64,000 bases of DNA from an uncultured Methanosarcinales archaeon (lineage in GTDB: Archaea; Halobacteriota; Methanosarcinia; Methanotrichales; Methanotrichaceae): assembly GCA_963843555.1 (NCBI GenBank), contig CAWJKV010000004.1:64001-128000 (forward strand), in the 5' to 3' direction. The notes beneath the pieces are model-generated. The model was not told where the DNA came from. It searched no databases and was given only the letters and a program-made list of their open reading frames with translations. A program made the position numbers and the translations under genes. The first letter of the stretch is position 1; every line of letters begins with the position of its first letter. Positions 46,644 to 57,453 of the stretch are shown here, piece after piece.

Positions 46644-46789
46644 GCCCTTCCCCTTTGCATATGTTTATTACTGTTGTTATTTATAAATATTGTGAGCCGC
46701 GATAGATGAAAGTAATGAACATATAGGAATCCAGCTGCTAATCGAGCAAAAGGCAAAAATACGAATCTCCAAGAAAGAGAACTATCAGA

Positions 46790-47663
46790 ATGATCGACAT
46801 CGCCATTCCCAAGGGCAGCCTGCAAAACCAGACCCTGCAGCTCTTCGAGCAGGCGGGGCTTGAGGTTAAGAGAACGGAGCGAGAGTACAACGCCCGTATT
46901 GAAGATCCCCGCATCGGCAAGGTGAAGATCCTCCGCCCTCAGGAGATACCGGGATATGTGGCCAAAGGCTACTTCGATCTGGGCATCTCCGGAACGGACT
47001 GGATAATGGAGTCGGGAGCCGTAGTGACCAAGGTCACTGAGCTCAACTATGGCAAACAGGGGCCGGGCACTGTAAAGCTGGTCGTGGCCGTGCCCGAAAG
47101 CCTGGACATCCAATCCGCCCGCCAGATAAAGCCGGGAAGCCGCGTGGCCACAGAATATCCGAGCCTCACTCAGGCCTTCTTCCTGGGCCTGGGAATACCT
47201 GTGGAGATTCAATTCTCCTTTGGAGCCACTGAGGCCAAAGTCCCAGAACTCACCGACGTGGTCGTCGATCTCACAGAGACCGGCTCGACATTGAAGAAGA
47301 ACGGCCTGAAGATCATAGATGTCATGCTGGAGTCCACATCGGAACTGATAGCCAACAAGAAGAGCTATGCCAATCGCGGAGAAGCATGAGGAGATCATCG
47401 CAGTGGAGACGCTGCTCTCTGCGGTGATCAGGGCCAGGGGAAAGACTCTGTTGAAGATGAATGTGCCCGAGGATTCGATAAAGGATGTTGTCTCCATGCT
47501 GCCCAGCATGAAGAACCCCACTATCTCCAAGCTCTACAACACCCACTATTATGCCGTGGAAACGGTGGTAGATAGATCGCAGGTCAATCTGCTCATCCCC
47601 CTGTTGAAAAAGTCAGGGGCAGAGGATATCCTGGAGCTGGCCATCTCCAAGATAGTGCCCTGA
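46790..47663 (+). CDS. hisG: ATP phosphoribosyltransferase (long form), one indel near 47373
   Basis: IAIPKGSL, RPQEIP, ATEYP, GATE, DLTETGSTL; regulatory domain in the next frame. Confidence 0.93.
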
Positions 47664-47710
47664 TATCATCATTTATAGAAAAAAATTAGAAAGAACGGAT
47701 GGAAAGCGAG

Positions 47711-47785
47711 CGGGCGCGGGGGGATTCGAACCCCCGATCTACAGCTTAGGAGGCTGCCGCCTTATCCGGACTAGGCCACGCGCCC
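47711..47785 (-). tRNA. tRNA-Arg(CCT), no intron, CCA not encoded
   Basis: GGGCGCG acceptor stem, anticodon arm GCAGC-CTCCTAA-GCTGT, T-loop GGTTCGAATCC. Confidence 0.96.
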
Positions 47786-47871
47786 TTTTCAGCCTTTTCC
47801 GTATAACCAACACGTATATCAATCTTTCCGGATTGGATATCGGCTCCGTTCTTCGCGATATCGCTTTTTTC

Positions 47872-49391
47872 TCAGCGGATGAGCACCCCACTCAGGACTA
47901 CCACGAAGAGGCCCAGGAAGAACCAGCCCAAGATCCCTTCCGCCATGGCCAGATGCCTGTAAACACCTACCGGATAGGTGTTAACTGGCGCCTGGGAGGT
48001 GGTGAACATGGCTATGCTGAAGTACAGAGCATCAGTGAGAGAGACACGCTTGCTGGGCTTCAGCCTTGGATTACCGGGAAGCTCCATGCCGTCGATCTCG
48101 AACTTGCTCATGCCCTTTCCTGCCCAGTACACCAAACCAAAAATGAGAATGGTAAAGAGACACCAGAAAACGGTGTAGCTTACCCGAACCCCATAGCCGC
48201 AGGAGAGCCAGGATATGATATCCGATAACTTGGCCCAGCCCCAGGGGCTGTCAGGTCCTGGCCAATTCTGCGGTATTGATAGTAGCATTCATCGGCATCT
48301 TCAAACCACTCCAGGCTCTTTATAGTTCTTCACCAGGGCGAGATATGCAGCACCGTTGTACATCCAGGCGATCCTCAATGACATCCCAGTGCACCATGAA
48401 CTTGGTGAAGTCTGCGTTGTTGAGGTTGATCTTGGTTTCTTCTCCAAATGTGACATTGTCCAGCTGCATGCTGTAGAGCCTGGACTGCCTCCAGAATCAG
48501 ATCTTTATCAAATCGGGCGCCAATGAAGTAGGCCAGATCGGAAAACTTTACGCCTCCAAAGTAGGCGGTCTCCATGAAACCGACACCTGAGAAGTCTGCC
48601 AAACCTCCGAAGTTGGACAGGCCAAAAGTGCTGCCCTTCTGAAACTGGGCATTCCTGAATACCACGTCGCTGGCAAAACGAGTGGCAGCAAATGTGGCAT
48701 TTCCCCGGAATTGAGCATCAAGGAAGGAGGCATGCCCGTCGAACTGCGTCTCCAGGAAGATGACATTATCGAAGATCGTATTCCCAAAGGACCCTATCCG
48801 TAAGAATCGGGCAAAATTAAAGTCCACATCTTTGGCAAAGCCGGAGCTGAGGAAGATGGCATCTCCATCAAACCGGACACTTCCAAAGCTGGTGTCATTT
48901 AGAAAGAGGGCGCTCAAGAATGCAGCCTGCCCCCCGAAATGGGAGGCTCGGAAATCGGCCTCTCCCATAAAAAGGGCACCGGAGAAACTGGCATCCCCCA
49001 GGAAACTCGTCTTGGCAAAGCTGACGTTCTCTTGAAAAATGCTTCCTCGAAGATCCAGTGCTTCTTCGAAGCTGGCCCCATTGGAGTTCACTGGGCCCAG
49101 GAAGCGAGAATTGGTTATCTTCACCGATTGCTTCACCGGCCCCGACAGATTGGTCAGATCCAGCGGGCCGATTATGGAAACATTATCATAGTCCACTGGC
49201 TCGCCCGAACTTATTTGGGCCAGGAGATCTTCTGCCCTGAGATTGAAATTGTCCTGCTGGGCCTGCAGGGAGGAGCCATCCGCCCCTGTTTGCGCTGAAG
49301 AGGCATTGCACAATAGCATTAGGAAGAGCAGCAGAGTCCATTTAGAGATTGCAACCACAGATCCCGTTTGAAGCGTCCGAGGATTTATCAT
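47872..49391 (-). CDS. Signal peptide + pentapeptide repeats + 2TM channel-like domain (copy 2), split by indels
   Basis: A.F...F repeats; WLSCGYGVR, TM helix, DALYFSIAMFTTSQAP..YPVG, EGILGWFFLGLFVV. Confidence 0.8.
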
Positions 49392-49398
49392 TTTTGTA

Positions 49399-50890
49399 TT
49401 ACCGGATCATAACCCTGCCCAGAGTCACCAGGAACAAAGCCAGCAGCAGCCAGCCAAGGATTCCTTCCAGGATGACATTATACCTGTGCCGGCCCACGGG
49501 CAGGAAGTCGATGGGCCCCTGGGAGAGGAAGATCATGGTGCTGAAGAAGAGCGCATTGCGGAAGGTGACGCGCTCTGGAACTGCATCCTGTTCGGCTGGC
49601 TCATTGATGGGCTTGGCGGACCTGCGAATGCCGTCTCCTCTCCAGTAGACCAGAGCAAAGGCGAGAATGGTCAGAAGCGCCCAGGCCACGGCATAGCCCG
49701 GCCGGACTCCATAGCCGCAGGAGAGCCAGGCCAGAACATCGATGGCCTTTGACGCCCCCCATCCCTTCTGAGATTGATCGAGCTTTCGATATTGGTAATA
49801 GCAGTCGTCCTCGTCTTCAGACCAGCCCAGGCCGTGATAATTGCTGACCAGAGCCAGATAGGCCCCCGGGTCCCAGACCACATGGTCGTCGATGTCCTTC
49901 CAGTGGGCTTTGAAGCGAGCAAAGTCGGTGTCATTGAGAATGATACGAGAGTGCGTGTCCAGCGCCACCTCATCGAAGAGCAGGGTGGAGATCGATCCGC
50001 CCTTGAAGTTGAGGTCTCCATCGAACCCTGGCGCTCTGGAAGCTGGCGATGTCCTCGAATTTGGCCAGGCCGAATAAGGCATCCTTGTGGAAAACGGCAC
50101 CGGAGAAGTAGGAGGCATCGGAAAAGCGGGCCAGATTGAAGCCCGCCTCCTCGGAAAAAACCGCTCCGCCAAAGGAGGAGAGGCCCGAGAATTTGGCCAG
50201 GCCGAATTGCACTGGACCGGAAAAGACTGCCTCGGAAAAACCGGCGGTGTTGAAGCGGGACTGGAAGAAGTTGGCTGCGGCCCCGAAGGAAGCAGCAGAA
50301 AAATCCGCTGCTCCTGAAAAATCGACGTCCGAGAAGAGAACGTCCTGGAAGAATTGCGCGCCTGTGAAGTAGCTGTATGAATCGAAGCTGGAATAGTTGA
50401 AATCTGCAATCCCATTGAATATCACATCATTGAAGCTGGCGTCCTGGTGAAACTCTGCATCCTCGAAACTGACAGATCCCAGGAACAGAGCCCCATCGAA
50501 GACCGTGGGCCCGCTAAAGGAGTCCCGACGAAAGCTGACCTGCTGAAAGCTGGTGTTGGCAAAGTCCGCGATGCCCAGAAAGCTGGCTCTGTCAAAGCTG
50601 GCGTTGCCAAAGGTCGTGCCCCAGAAGGTGGCATCCTTCGCGAAGGTGACGCCGTCAAACGTGGCATTGACAATAGTTGAGTTTGTGAGCGCGAAAGAGT
50701 CTGTCACTATGGCACCGGGCAGGGATTGGAGATCCAGGTCACCCGAAACCAGGACGCCATCGTAATAAATAGGTTGGTGGCTCTCTATTTGGGCCAATAG
50801 CTTTTCTGCAGGAATAACTTCCTGAGCGTTCGAAGCGAATAACACCGACATCGCCAGAACGGCAATCATCGCCAGATCTCGCCAGGCCAT
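49399..50890 (-). CDS. Signal peptide + pentapeptide repeats + 2TM channel-like domain (copy 1), indel near 50030
   Basis: Repeats in ORF 49970..50890; WLSCGYGVRP, NALFFSTMIFLSQGP...PVG and EGILGWLLLALF in ORF 49399..50415. Confidence 0.8.
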
Positions 50891-51098
50891 CCATTCGCTC
50901 TTAGGACTGCCTGGTCATATTCTTTGCTATCTCTCCATCTCACAATACGATAGCTAATCCTCTGCTTGCACTAAATTCAATTTGTTATTAATGAAAACCC
51001 AAGATCGCATATTTCAGACGGAGAACATGCATCTGATTACCTCTACAATATGGCTCTGCGTAACTATATATCGCTGGATATTTCTTTCAGCTCTCAGC

Positions 51099-52016
51099 AT
51101 GGAAACTCAAGATCTCGCCAAACAAATCCTCGCCCGCCAGGGCTACCATCTCGCGGGCTCGGGCGCTGTCAAGCCCTGCCTCTGGCTCAACCGCTCCATG
51201 CGGGGCGGCGATCAGTGCTACAAGCACCACTTCTACGGCATATCCAGCCACCGCTGCGTGCAGATGACGCCCACACTAGAGTGCAATCATCTCTGCCTGC
51301 ACTGCTGGAGACCGGTAGACGACCCAAGACCGGAAAAAGAGCCCACAGAGCCAGCAGAGCTATTGGAAGGCATCCTGCAGGGGCAGAAGAAGTTTCTCTC
51401 CGGCTACGGCGGGGCCAAGACCACCGATCCTGAACGTCTGGCTGAGGCGCGAGAGCCCAGGCATATAGCTATCTCCCTCATGGGCGAGCCCACCCTTTAT
51501 CCCTATCTGAAGGAGTTCATCGATCTTATCTCGCGGAGGGGCATGACCACCTTTCTGGTCAGCAATGCCACTCACCCCGAGGTTCTGGCTGAACTCAGAC
51601 CGACACAGCTCTATCTCAGCCTCAATGCACCCGACGAAGAGCTTTACCGGCACGTATGCCAACCAGCAGGCGACCTCTGGCCCAGGATCCTGGAGTCCCT
51701 GGATATCCTGAAAGAGCACCGCTGCCGCAGCGTGATCCGCATGACGCTGGCACGCGGTTTGAATATGGAAAAGCCGGAGGACTATGCCCGCATTATCGAG
51801 AGAGCTGAGCCTGACTTTGTGGAGGTCAAGGCTTACATGCATCTGGGGCGCTCCCGAGACCGGCTGGAGAGAGAGGCCATGCCACAGCATCATGAGATCC
51901 TGGCCTATGCCCGCGCTCTGGCGAGCGAACTCGGCTACGAGCAGGAGGCGGAAGTGCCCTTAAGCCGGGTTGCGCTCCTCTCCAGCGGGCGGATCTCCAG
52001 AATCCTGGACTTGTGA
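51099..52016 (+). CDS. taw1: 4-demethylwyosine synthase TYW1
   Basis: VKPCLW, CYK..FYGISSHRCVQMTP, CNHLCLHCWR, AISLMGEP, FVEVKAY. Confidence 0.94.
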   Translation: METQDLAKQILARQGYHLAGSGAVKPCLWLNRSMRGGDQCYKHHFYGISSHRCVQMTPTLECNHLCLHCWRPVDDPRPEKEPTEPAELLEGILQGQKKFLSGYGGAKTTDPERLAEAREPRHIAISLMGEPTLYPYLKEFIDLISRRGMTTFLVSNATHPEVLAELRPTQLYLSLNAPDEELYRHVCQPAGDLWPRILESLDILKEHRCRSVIRMTLARGLNMEKPEDYARIIERAEPDFVEVKAYMHLGRSRDRLEREAMPQHHEILAYARALASELGYEQEAEVPLSRVALLSSGRISRILDL

Positions 52017-52190
52017 TTTGATGATCGGCTAGGCCCGGGCAGACGGGAGATCAACCCGCCAGAGTCCGAAAGCTGTGGTTTGCAGAGCTTAGGGTCTGCG
52101 GAATTTCTCTAGCATTCTCAACAAAAAATCGATACTTTGCAGCCCTGGAAAGTCATCTATAAATCCGGAGAGAACCAAGAGATTGGCTAA

Positions 52191-53174
52191 ATGCCTGAGA
52201 ACATCATAGAGGTAAAGAACCTTGAATACAAGTATGGCGACTTCAAGGCTGTAGATGACGTCAGCTTCTTCGTCCGGAAGGGCGAGATCTTCTCCTTCCT
52301 CGGTCCCAACGGCGCAGGAAAGAGCACTGTAATCAACATTCTCACGACTCTTCTACCCATTCAGAAGGGCTCTGCCACCATTGCCGGACACAATCTGTCC
52401 ACAGAGCCCCAGGAGGTTCGTAAGTCCATCGGCATCGTCTTTCAGGATGAGACTCTGGATCGTGATCTCACTGTCTGGGAGACTCTGGAGCTGCACGGCA
52501 GGATCTATTCCATGCCCAAAGATGAAAGAAAAGAAAGGATTGAGGAGATCATCCACCTCGTAGAACTGGAGGAGAAGAGGAATGTTCGTACCCGCTACCT
52601 TTCGGGCGGCATGAAACGCCGTCTGGAGATTGGAAGGGGCCTGATGACCCGGCCCCGAGTGCTCTTCCTGGATGAGCCCACCATCGGTCTGGATACCCAA
52701 ACCAGGCGCAGGCTTTGGGACTACATCAAAACGGTTAACGATTCGGGAACTACGATTTTTCTGACCACCCATTACATGGATGAGGCGGACCAGGTCAGCA
52801 ACTGGATCGACATCCTGGACCACGGCAAAATCATCGCCTCCGGAGATCCGGCCCGGCTCAAGGATGCCCTGGGAAATGATATGATCTACATCGATACCAG
52901 CGACAACGAAACCGCCGAGAAACTGTTGAAAGGCCTCGGGGCTGTCAGAAGCATAAAGACCGCAACCCAGGGGCTGGTGGTCACCATCAACACCGATGGC
53001 ACGCACTGCCTTCCGATCTTGATGAGCCGGATCAAAGAGAAAGGCATTGAAATCATCAGCGTGAACCTGAAGAAGCCCACACTGGATGACGTCTTCATCC
53101 ATTACACCGGCCGGGACATCAGAAATGCCGGGGCGGAGAAGCTACCCAGGTTCCAGCCCAGGAGTGGGAGATAG
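52191..53174 (+). CDS. ABC transporter ATP-binding protein (DrrA-like)
   Basis: GPNGAGKS, LSGGMKRR, LDEPTIGLD, PTLDDVF. Confidence 0.92.
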   Translation: MPENIIEVKNLEYKYGDFKAVDDVSFFVRKGEIFSFLGPNGAGKSTVINILTTLLPIQKGSATIAGHNLSTEPQEVRKSIGIVFQDETLDRDLTVWETLELHGRIYSMPKDERKERIEEIIHLVELEEKRNVRTRYLSGGMKRRLEIGRGLMTRPRVLFLDEPTIGLDTQTRRRLWDYIKTVNDSGTTIFLTTHYMDEADQVSNWIDILDHGKIIASGDPARLKDALGNDMIYIDTSDNETAEKLLKGLGAVRSIKTATQGLVVTINTDGTHCLPILMSRIKEKGIEIISVNLKKPTLDDVFIHYTGRDIRNAGAEKLPRFQPRSGR

Positions 53175-53177
53175 GAA

Positions 53178-54014
53178 ATGTCCACCGAATTCTTGACTAT
53201 CTATTGGCGCGATATGCTGAGGTTCGTTCGTTTCAGGATTGTCCTGGTAGTATCCCTGATTCAGCCGATGCTCTGGATGGCTCTGTATGGAGCGGCCATG
53301 TCCAACAACTTCAGCCGACTCAGCTCCGGCATGGTCGTGCCCGTAGACGCAGTAAGCGTCTCCTATCTGACGTTCATGGGTGCAGGAGTGATTGCCTTGA
53401 CTACGCTCTTCACCAGTCTCTTCGGCGGCATCACTCTCCTCTTTGACAAGAACTGGGGGCTTATGAGGGAACTGTTGGCCAGCCCCATGCCCCGATACCA
53501 CATCATAGTGGGCATTGGGCTATCAGGCGTCACTAAGTCCTTCATTCAGGTTATGGTCATCATAGGCTTTGGCCTGGTCATAGGCGTTCGATTCTTCCCA
53601 GGATACTCATCGCTTCATACGGTAATTGCCATCTTGGGAGTGCTGCTCTTTGTGGGAATATTCTCCCTGGGCTTTCTCTTCCTATCCTCTGCCATATCTA
53701 TGAGCATGGAGACGCCCGAAGGGCTGCAGGCGGTCATCACTCTCCTGACACTGCCGCTCTTCTTTGCCAGTACTGCCCTCTATCCCATCGATGCCTTCCC
53801 GGGGCCGGTGCGAGTCCTGTCCCAGTTCAATCCCCTGACCCACCTGGTCAATGGCGTGCGCTACTTTGCCGTCGGCCAGGACTTTTACGCCATCGGCATC
53901 CATTATGTTTACAACACCAACGATCTGGTCCTCTCGCTCCTGGCGCTGACGGGATTCGCTGCGATTATGTTCCTGGTGGCCTGGAGGGTCTTCCAGAAGG
54001 CGGTGGTAACCTGA
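53178..54014 (+). CDS. ABC-2 type permease
   Basis: About six TM helices, NPLTHLVNGVR; follows the ATPase. Confidence 0.9.
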   Translation: MSTEFLTIYWRDMLRFVRFRIVLVVSLIQPMLWMALYGAAMSNNFSRLSSGMVVPVDAVSVSYLTFMGAGVIALTTLFTSLFGGITLLFDKNWGLMRELLASPMPRYHIIVGIGLSGVTKSFIQVMVIIGFGLVIGVRFFPGYSSLHTVIAILGVLLFVGIFSLGFLFLSSAISMSMETPEGLQAVITLLTLPLFFASTALYPIDAFPGPVRVLSQFNPLTHLVNGVRYFAVGQDFYAIGIHYVYNTNDLVLSLLALTGFAAIMFLVAWRVFQKAVVT

Positions 54015-54152
54015 ATCAGTCCAGACACGGGAAAAGACCCGGGTGGCCAGAGTCCAAAGAATATTAAGGGAATTTACAGATTGCCCGAGAAATTATTAAG
54101 AAATATCATGGTTACATTATGATGCAATTGAGATGCAATAGGAGGTTATGAT

Positions 54153-54845
54153 ATGAAGATCTTAGGAATCTGTGCCAGCCCGAGGGGCTCGAAGAGCGCG
54201 ACGCTCCGTTTGGTTAAGGCCGCGCTGGAAGGAGCTGCTGAGAACGGGGCAACTGTAGAGCTGGTGGATGTCTGCGATTTAGACATCAAGTACTGCAACG
54301 CCTGCCAGGTCTGTTTTAAGACGGGAAAATGTGTGCATGAAGACGACTTCGAGGAGCTTTACAGCAAGATTCTGGCAGCTGACGGCCTGGTTTGGGGATC
54401 GCCCAACTACTTTCACACTGTGACGGCGCAGATGAAGACGCTCATCGACCGCATGGCAGACGCTATTCACTGCCAGCTCCTCGCGGGAAAGTACTGCTGC
54501 AGCGTGGCTACCGGCGGCAACAACTACGAACAGGTCACGACTTACCTGGACGGTCTGATGATGAACTTTGGAGCCTTCGTCACAGGAAGCGTGGGGGCGC
54601 AGATGTCCAAAGGACCGGGATCGCTGGAAGAGGCGGAAAAGAAGGCCTTACAGCTGGGAAAGGCTCTGGCCGAGGACGTGCGTCTCAAGCGCGATTACAT
54701 CGAACAGCGGGAGATGCAAGAGGAGACCAGGAGCTACTTCAAAGCCCTGGTAAAGATGAACAAAGATAACTGGGAGCACGAATACGAATACTGGAATCAG
54801 ATCAACTGGAAATTGATTGCCTCATCCATAAGCCACATCCATTAG
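54153..54845 (+). CDS. Iron-sulfur flavoprotein/flavodoxin family
   Basis: ASPRG, CNACQVC.....C, GSPNYF, KTLIDR. Confidence 0.9.
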   Translation: MKILGICASPRGSKSATLRLVKAALEGAAENGATVELVDVCDLDIKYCNACQVCFKTGKCVHEDDFEELYSKILAADGLVWGSPNYFHTVTAQMKTLIDRMADAIHCQLLAGKYCCSVATGGNNYEQVTTYLDGLMMNFGAFVTGSVGAQMSKGPGSLEEAEKKALQLGKALAEDVRLKRDYIEQREMQEETRSYFKALVKMNKDNWEHEYEYWNQINWKLIASSISHIH

Positions 54846-54885
54846 GCCGCACAACTTTTAATATCTTCCAGGTCCATTATTAAGT

Positions 54886-55497
54886 ATGCTGACTCTGGAT
54901 GAGGGAAAGATGGCGGTTCGTCTGGCCAGGGAAGCCCTGACCTGCTATGTGGAAAAGAAAAAAATCCTGGAGCCCGAAAGGCTCCCACCCGTCTTCGATG
55001 AGAATAGAGGAGTCTTTGTGACCTTGCATGAGGATGGCGCTCTGCGGGGCTGCATCGGTTACCCCCAGCCAGTCATGCCCCTGGGCCGGGCTATCGTGGA
55101 TTCGGCCATCAATGCCGGCAGCCGGGACCCGCGTTTCCCAGGCATAAGACCTGGCGAGCAGAAGAGAATCGAGCTGGAGGTTACCATTCTCACCAAGCCC
55201 GAGCCCTACCGTGAGCCCAAGAAGAGGCTGCCCGAACTGGTTCGAGTGGGCACGGACGGCCTGATCGTCTCCAAAGGGCCATTCTCAGGCCTGCTCCTTC
55301 CTCAGGTGGCCCCGGAGTGGGGTTTTGATTCTATGGAGTTCCTGAGCCAGACCTGCGTCAAAGCGGGACTGCCCCCAGACGCCTGGCTGGATGAGGACAC
55401 CGAGGTGCAGCACTTCGAGGCCCAGATCTTTGCCGAGATAGCCCCGGAAAGGGAGGTATTCGAGAAGAGCTTCACCGAGAGCCCCTGCGGAACTTGA
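54886..55497 (+). CDS. AMMECR1 domain protein (TIGR00296 family)
   Basis: GVFVTL, LRGCIG, DPRF, GLLLPQVA, CVKAGL. Confidence 0.93.
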   Translation: MLTLDEGKMAVRLAREALTCYVEKKKILEPERLPPVFDENRGVFVTLHEDGALRGCIGYPQPVMPLGRAIVDSAINAGSRDPRFPGIRPGEQKRIELEVTILTKPEPYREPKKRLPELVRVGTDGLIVSKGPFSGLLLPQVAPEWGFDSMEFLSQTCVKAGLPPDAWLDEDTEVQHFEAQIFAEIAPEREVFEKSFTESPCGT

Positions 55498-55540
55498 GGG
55501 CGGATCTATCGTTTTTGTTGGTCAACGCTCCTGAGCGATT

Positions 55541-55717
55541 TTACATCCTCCATCCCACATCGTACCTCGCCCCGCACTCCGGGCAGATGAGAATTATCCT
55601 GCAGCCATCATCAGACGGCAGAAATGAGCTGTGAAATCCCAATTCATAGCCGCATTGGGGACAGATCCGGAACTCATCTGCCAGCTCGATCTTGGTGATA
55701 TCCCTGGATGCCTTCAT
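55541..55717 (-). CDS. 58 aa CPxCG zinc-finger protein (missing from the ORF track)
   Basis: Hand translation MKASRDITKIELADEFRICPQCGYELGFHSSFLPSDDGCRIILICPECGARYDVGWRM. Confidence 0.8.
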   Translation of the reverse strand: MKASRDITKIELADEFRICPQCGYELGFHSSFLPSDDGCRIILICPECGARYDVGWRM

Positions 55718-55802
55718 GCTTGACCACTTCTCCCTGGGATCTAAACTATTTTGCCCCCCATCTCTTCGGGGCTCTCCAACTCGGCCTGGCCAGCTAAGTC
55801 TC

Positions 55803-56604
55803 CTATATTTGGCCGCAGTGGGGGCAGACCATTCCTGCCGTCTTTTGCTCCTCCTTTCTTTTGGCCAGCACCTCGGCTAAGCCGGAGGCCAGTACGCCCG
55901 CGGGCAGAGCGAATAGGCCGATCCCCAAAATCACCACCATCGAGCCGATGAACTTGCCCCACGGTGTCACCGGATAGATGTCTCCATAGCCCACCGTGCC
56001 CAGGGCAACAATGCCCCACCACATGGCCGCAGGGATGCTGGAGAAGTTGTCAGGCTGAGCCTCATGCTCCACATTATACATCAAGCTGGAGGATATTATG
56101 AGCAGAATCATGATGGCAAAGAGCATGAGCAACAGCTCTTCCTTCTTCAGCTTCAATACATCCGCGAATGTCTGCAGAGACGACGAGTAGCGGGCCAGCT
56201 TCAGCACCCGGAAAAGCCGGAAGAGCCTCAGAGCTCGCATGAACCTCAAATCGGGGAAGACAATTGGTAGATAGAAAGGCAGCACGACCAGGAGGTCAAT
56301 CAGGGCCAGGGGAGTTGTCATGAACTGCAGCCTGCCGCGAACAGGATCTTTGAACTCTGGTTTTGCTGTGCAACTCCAGACGCGCAAAATGTATTCAACT
56401 GTAAAGACAGCTACCGAAAAGATTTCAAAAGCATTGAAGAATGGAGGCGTATCGCAGATATAGCCAGTCCACCGTCGCCAGGACTACAGCTGCTACATTT
56501 AGAAGTATCAGCCCTATGATGAAGAGGTCAAAGTACCTGCTATCTTCATCGCCCGGTTCCAGTATGCCCGAGATGCGAGTCTTGAGATCGAGATCTTGGT
56601 CCAT
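55803..56604 (-). CDS. Voltage-gated K+ channel-like ion transporter, indel near 56445
   Basis: S4 RFMRALRLFRLFRVLKLAR, filter TVGYGD, C-terminal CPHCG. Confidence 0.9.
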
Positions 56605-56722
56605 TGCAAAAATTAAAGAGAGCTGTTCAGGATAAAAAGCATTCTTCTTGGGATCTTTTTCGAGGAGTTCCCGCTCCTCACATTCTCTATCTTAATATAT
56701 ACGAACCTCCCCTCTTTTTGCT

Positions 56723-57452
56723 ATGCGTGCCGCCTGCCTCCAGCAACAAGTTGAGCCCTGCAAGAATGAAGAGAACCTCGGCAGAGCTCTGCAGATGGCC
56801 CGCGCCGCCCTGGATGAAGGCGCACAGATCCTGGTCTATCCAGAGCTCTTCTTGACCGGCTTTTGTTACGAGCCCTCTGCCATGCGGCAGCCGAAGACCC
56901 GACTTTCTCCGCGCTCGATCCATTTCGCGCCCTGGCAGAGGCGCACGAGTGTTTAATCATCGGCTCCCTTCGCTGCGGCCGCCGAATCTCGGCTTCTGCC
57001 TGGACTCGGTGGGCCTGGAGCTGCGCCCCAAGATTCATCCTTTTGGAGAGGAAAAGAAACACTTCGATGGTGGCGATTTCATCTCGCCTGTGGCCACAAA
57101 ATGGGGCCGGGTGGGCCTTCAGATCTGCTACGACCTGCGCTTCCCTGAGGTGGCGCGCTCACTGGCATTGCAGGGCGCAGATTTCCTGGTGACAATAGCC
57201 CAGTTCCCTGCACCCCGCAGGGCGCAATGGCAGGCTCTCTGTCTCGCCCGGGCCATAGAGAATCAGATTCCTCACCTGGCCTGCAACTGGGCGAATGCGG
57301 GGGGCTCTCTGATCATCAATGCCCGGGGCGCAGTGATAGCGGAGGCCGCAGCCGGGGAGACAATTATATGGGGCGATATCGATCTGGTTGAAAGGGACGA
57401 TGTGCGCCGCGAGATACCCTGCTTTGCCGACCGGCGGCCGGAGATATACTGA
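56723..57452 (+). CDS. Carbon-nitrogen hydrolase (nitrilase family), split by indels
   Basis: YPELFLTG, KIH, ICYDLRFPE, RAIENQ, DRRPEIY. Confidence 0.88.
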
Positions 57453-57453
57453 G

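Noticed and set aside
47711..47785. tRNA-Arg as the attachment site of the integrase island
   Set aside because: It is over 20 kb from the integrase remnant and I saw no duplicated tRNA 3' end in the window
54112..54127. Operator shared by the two Isf genes (TTACA-N6-TGCAA vs GTGCA-N6-TACAC)
   Set aside because: The half-sites do not match well and the AT-rich context makes chance similarity likely
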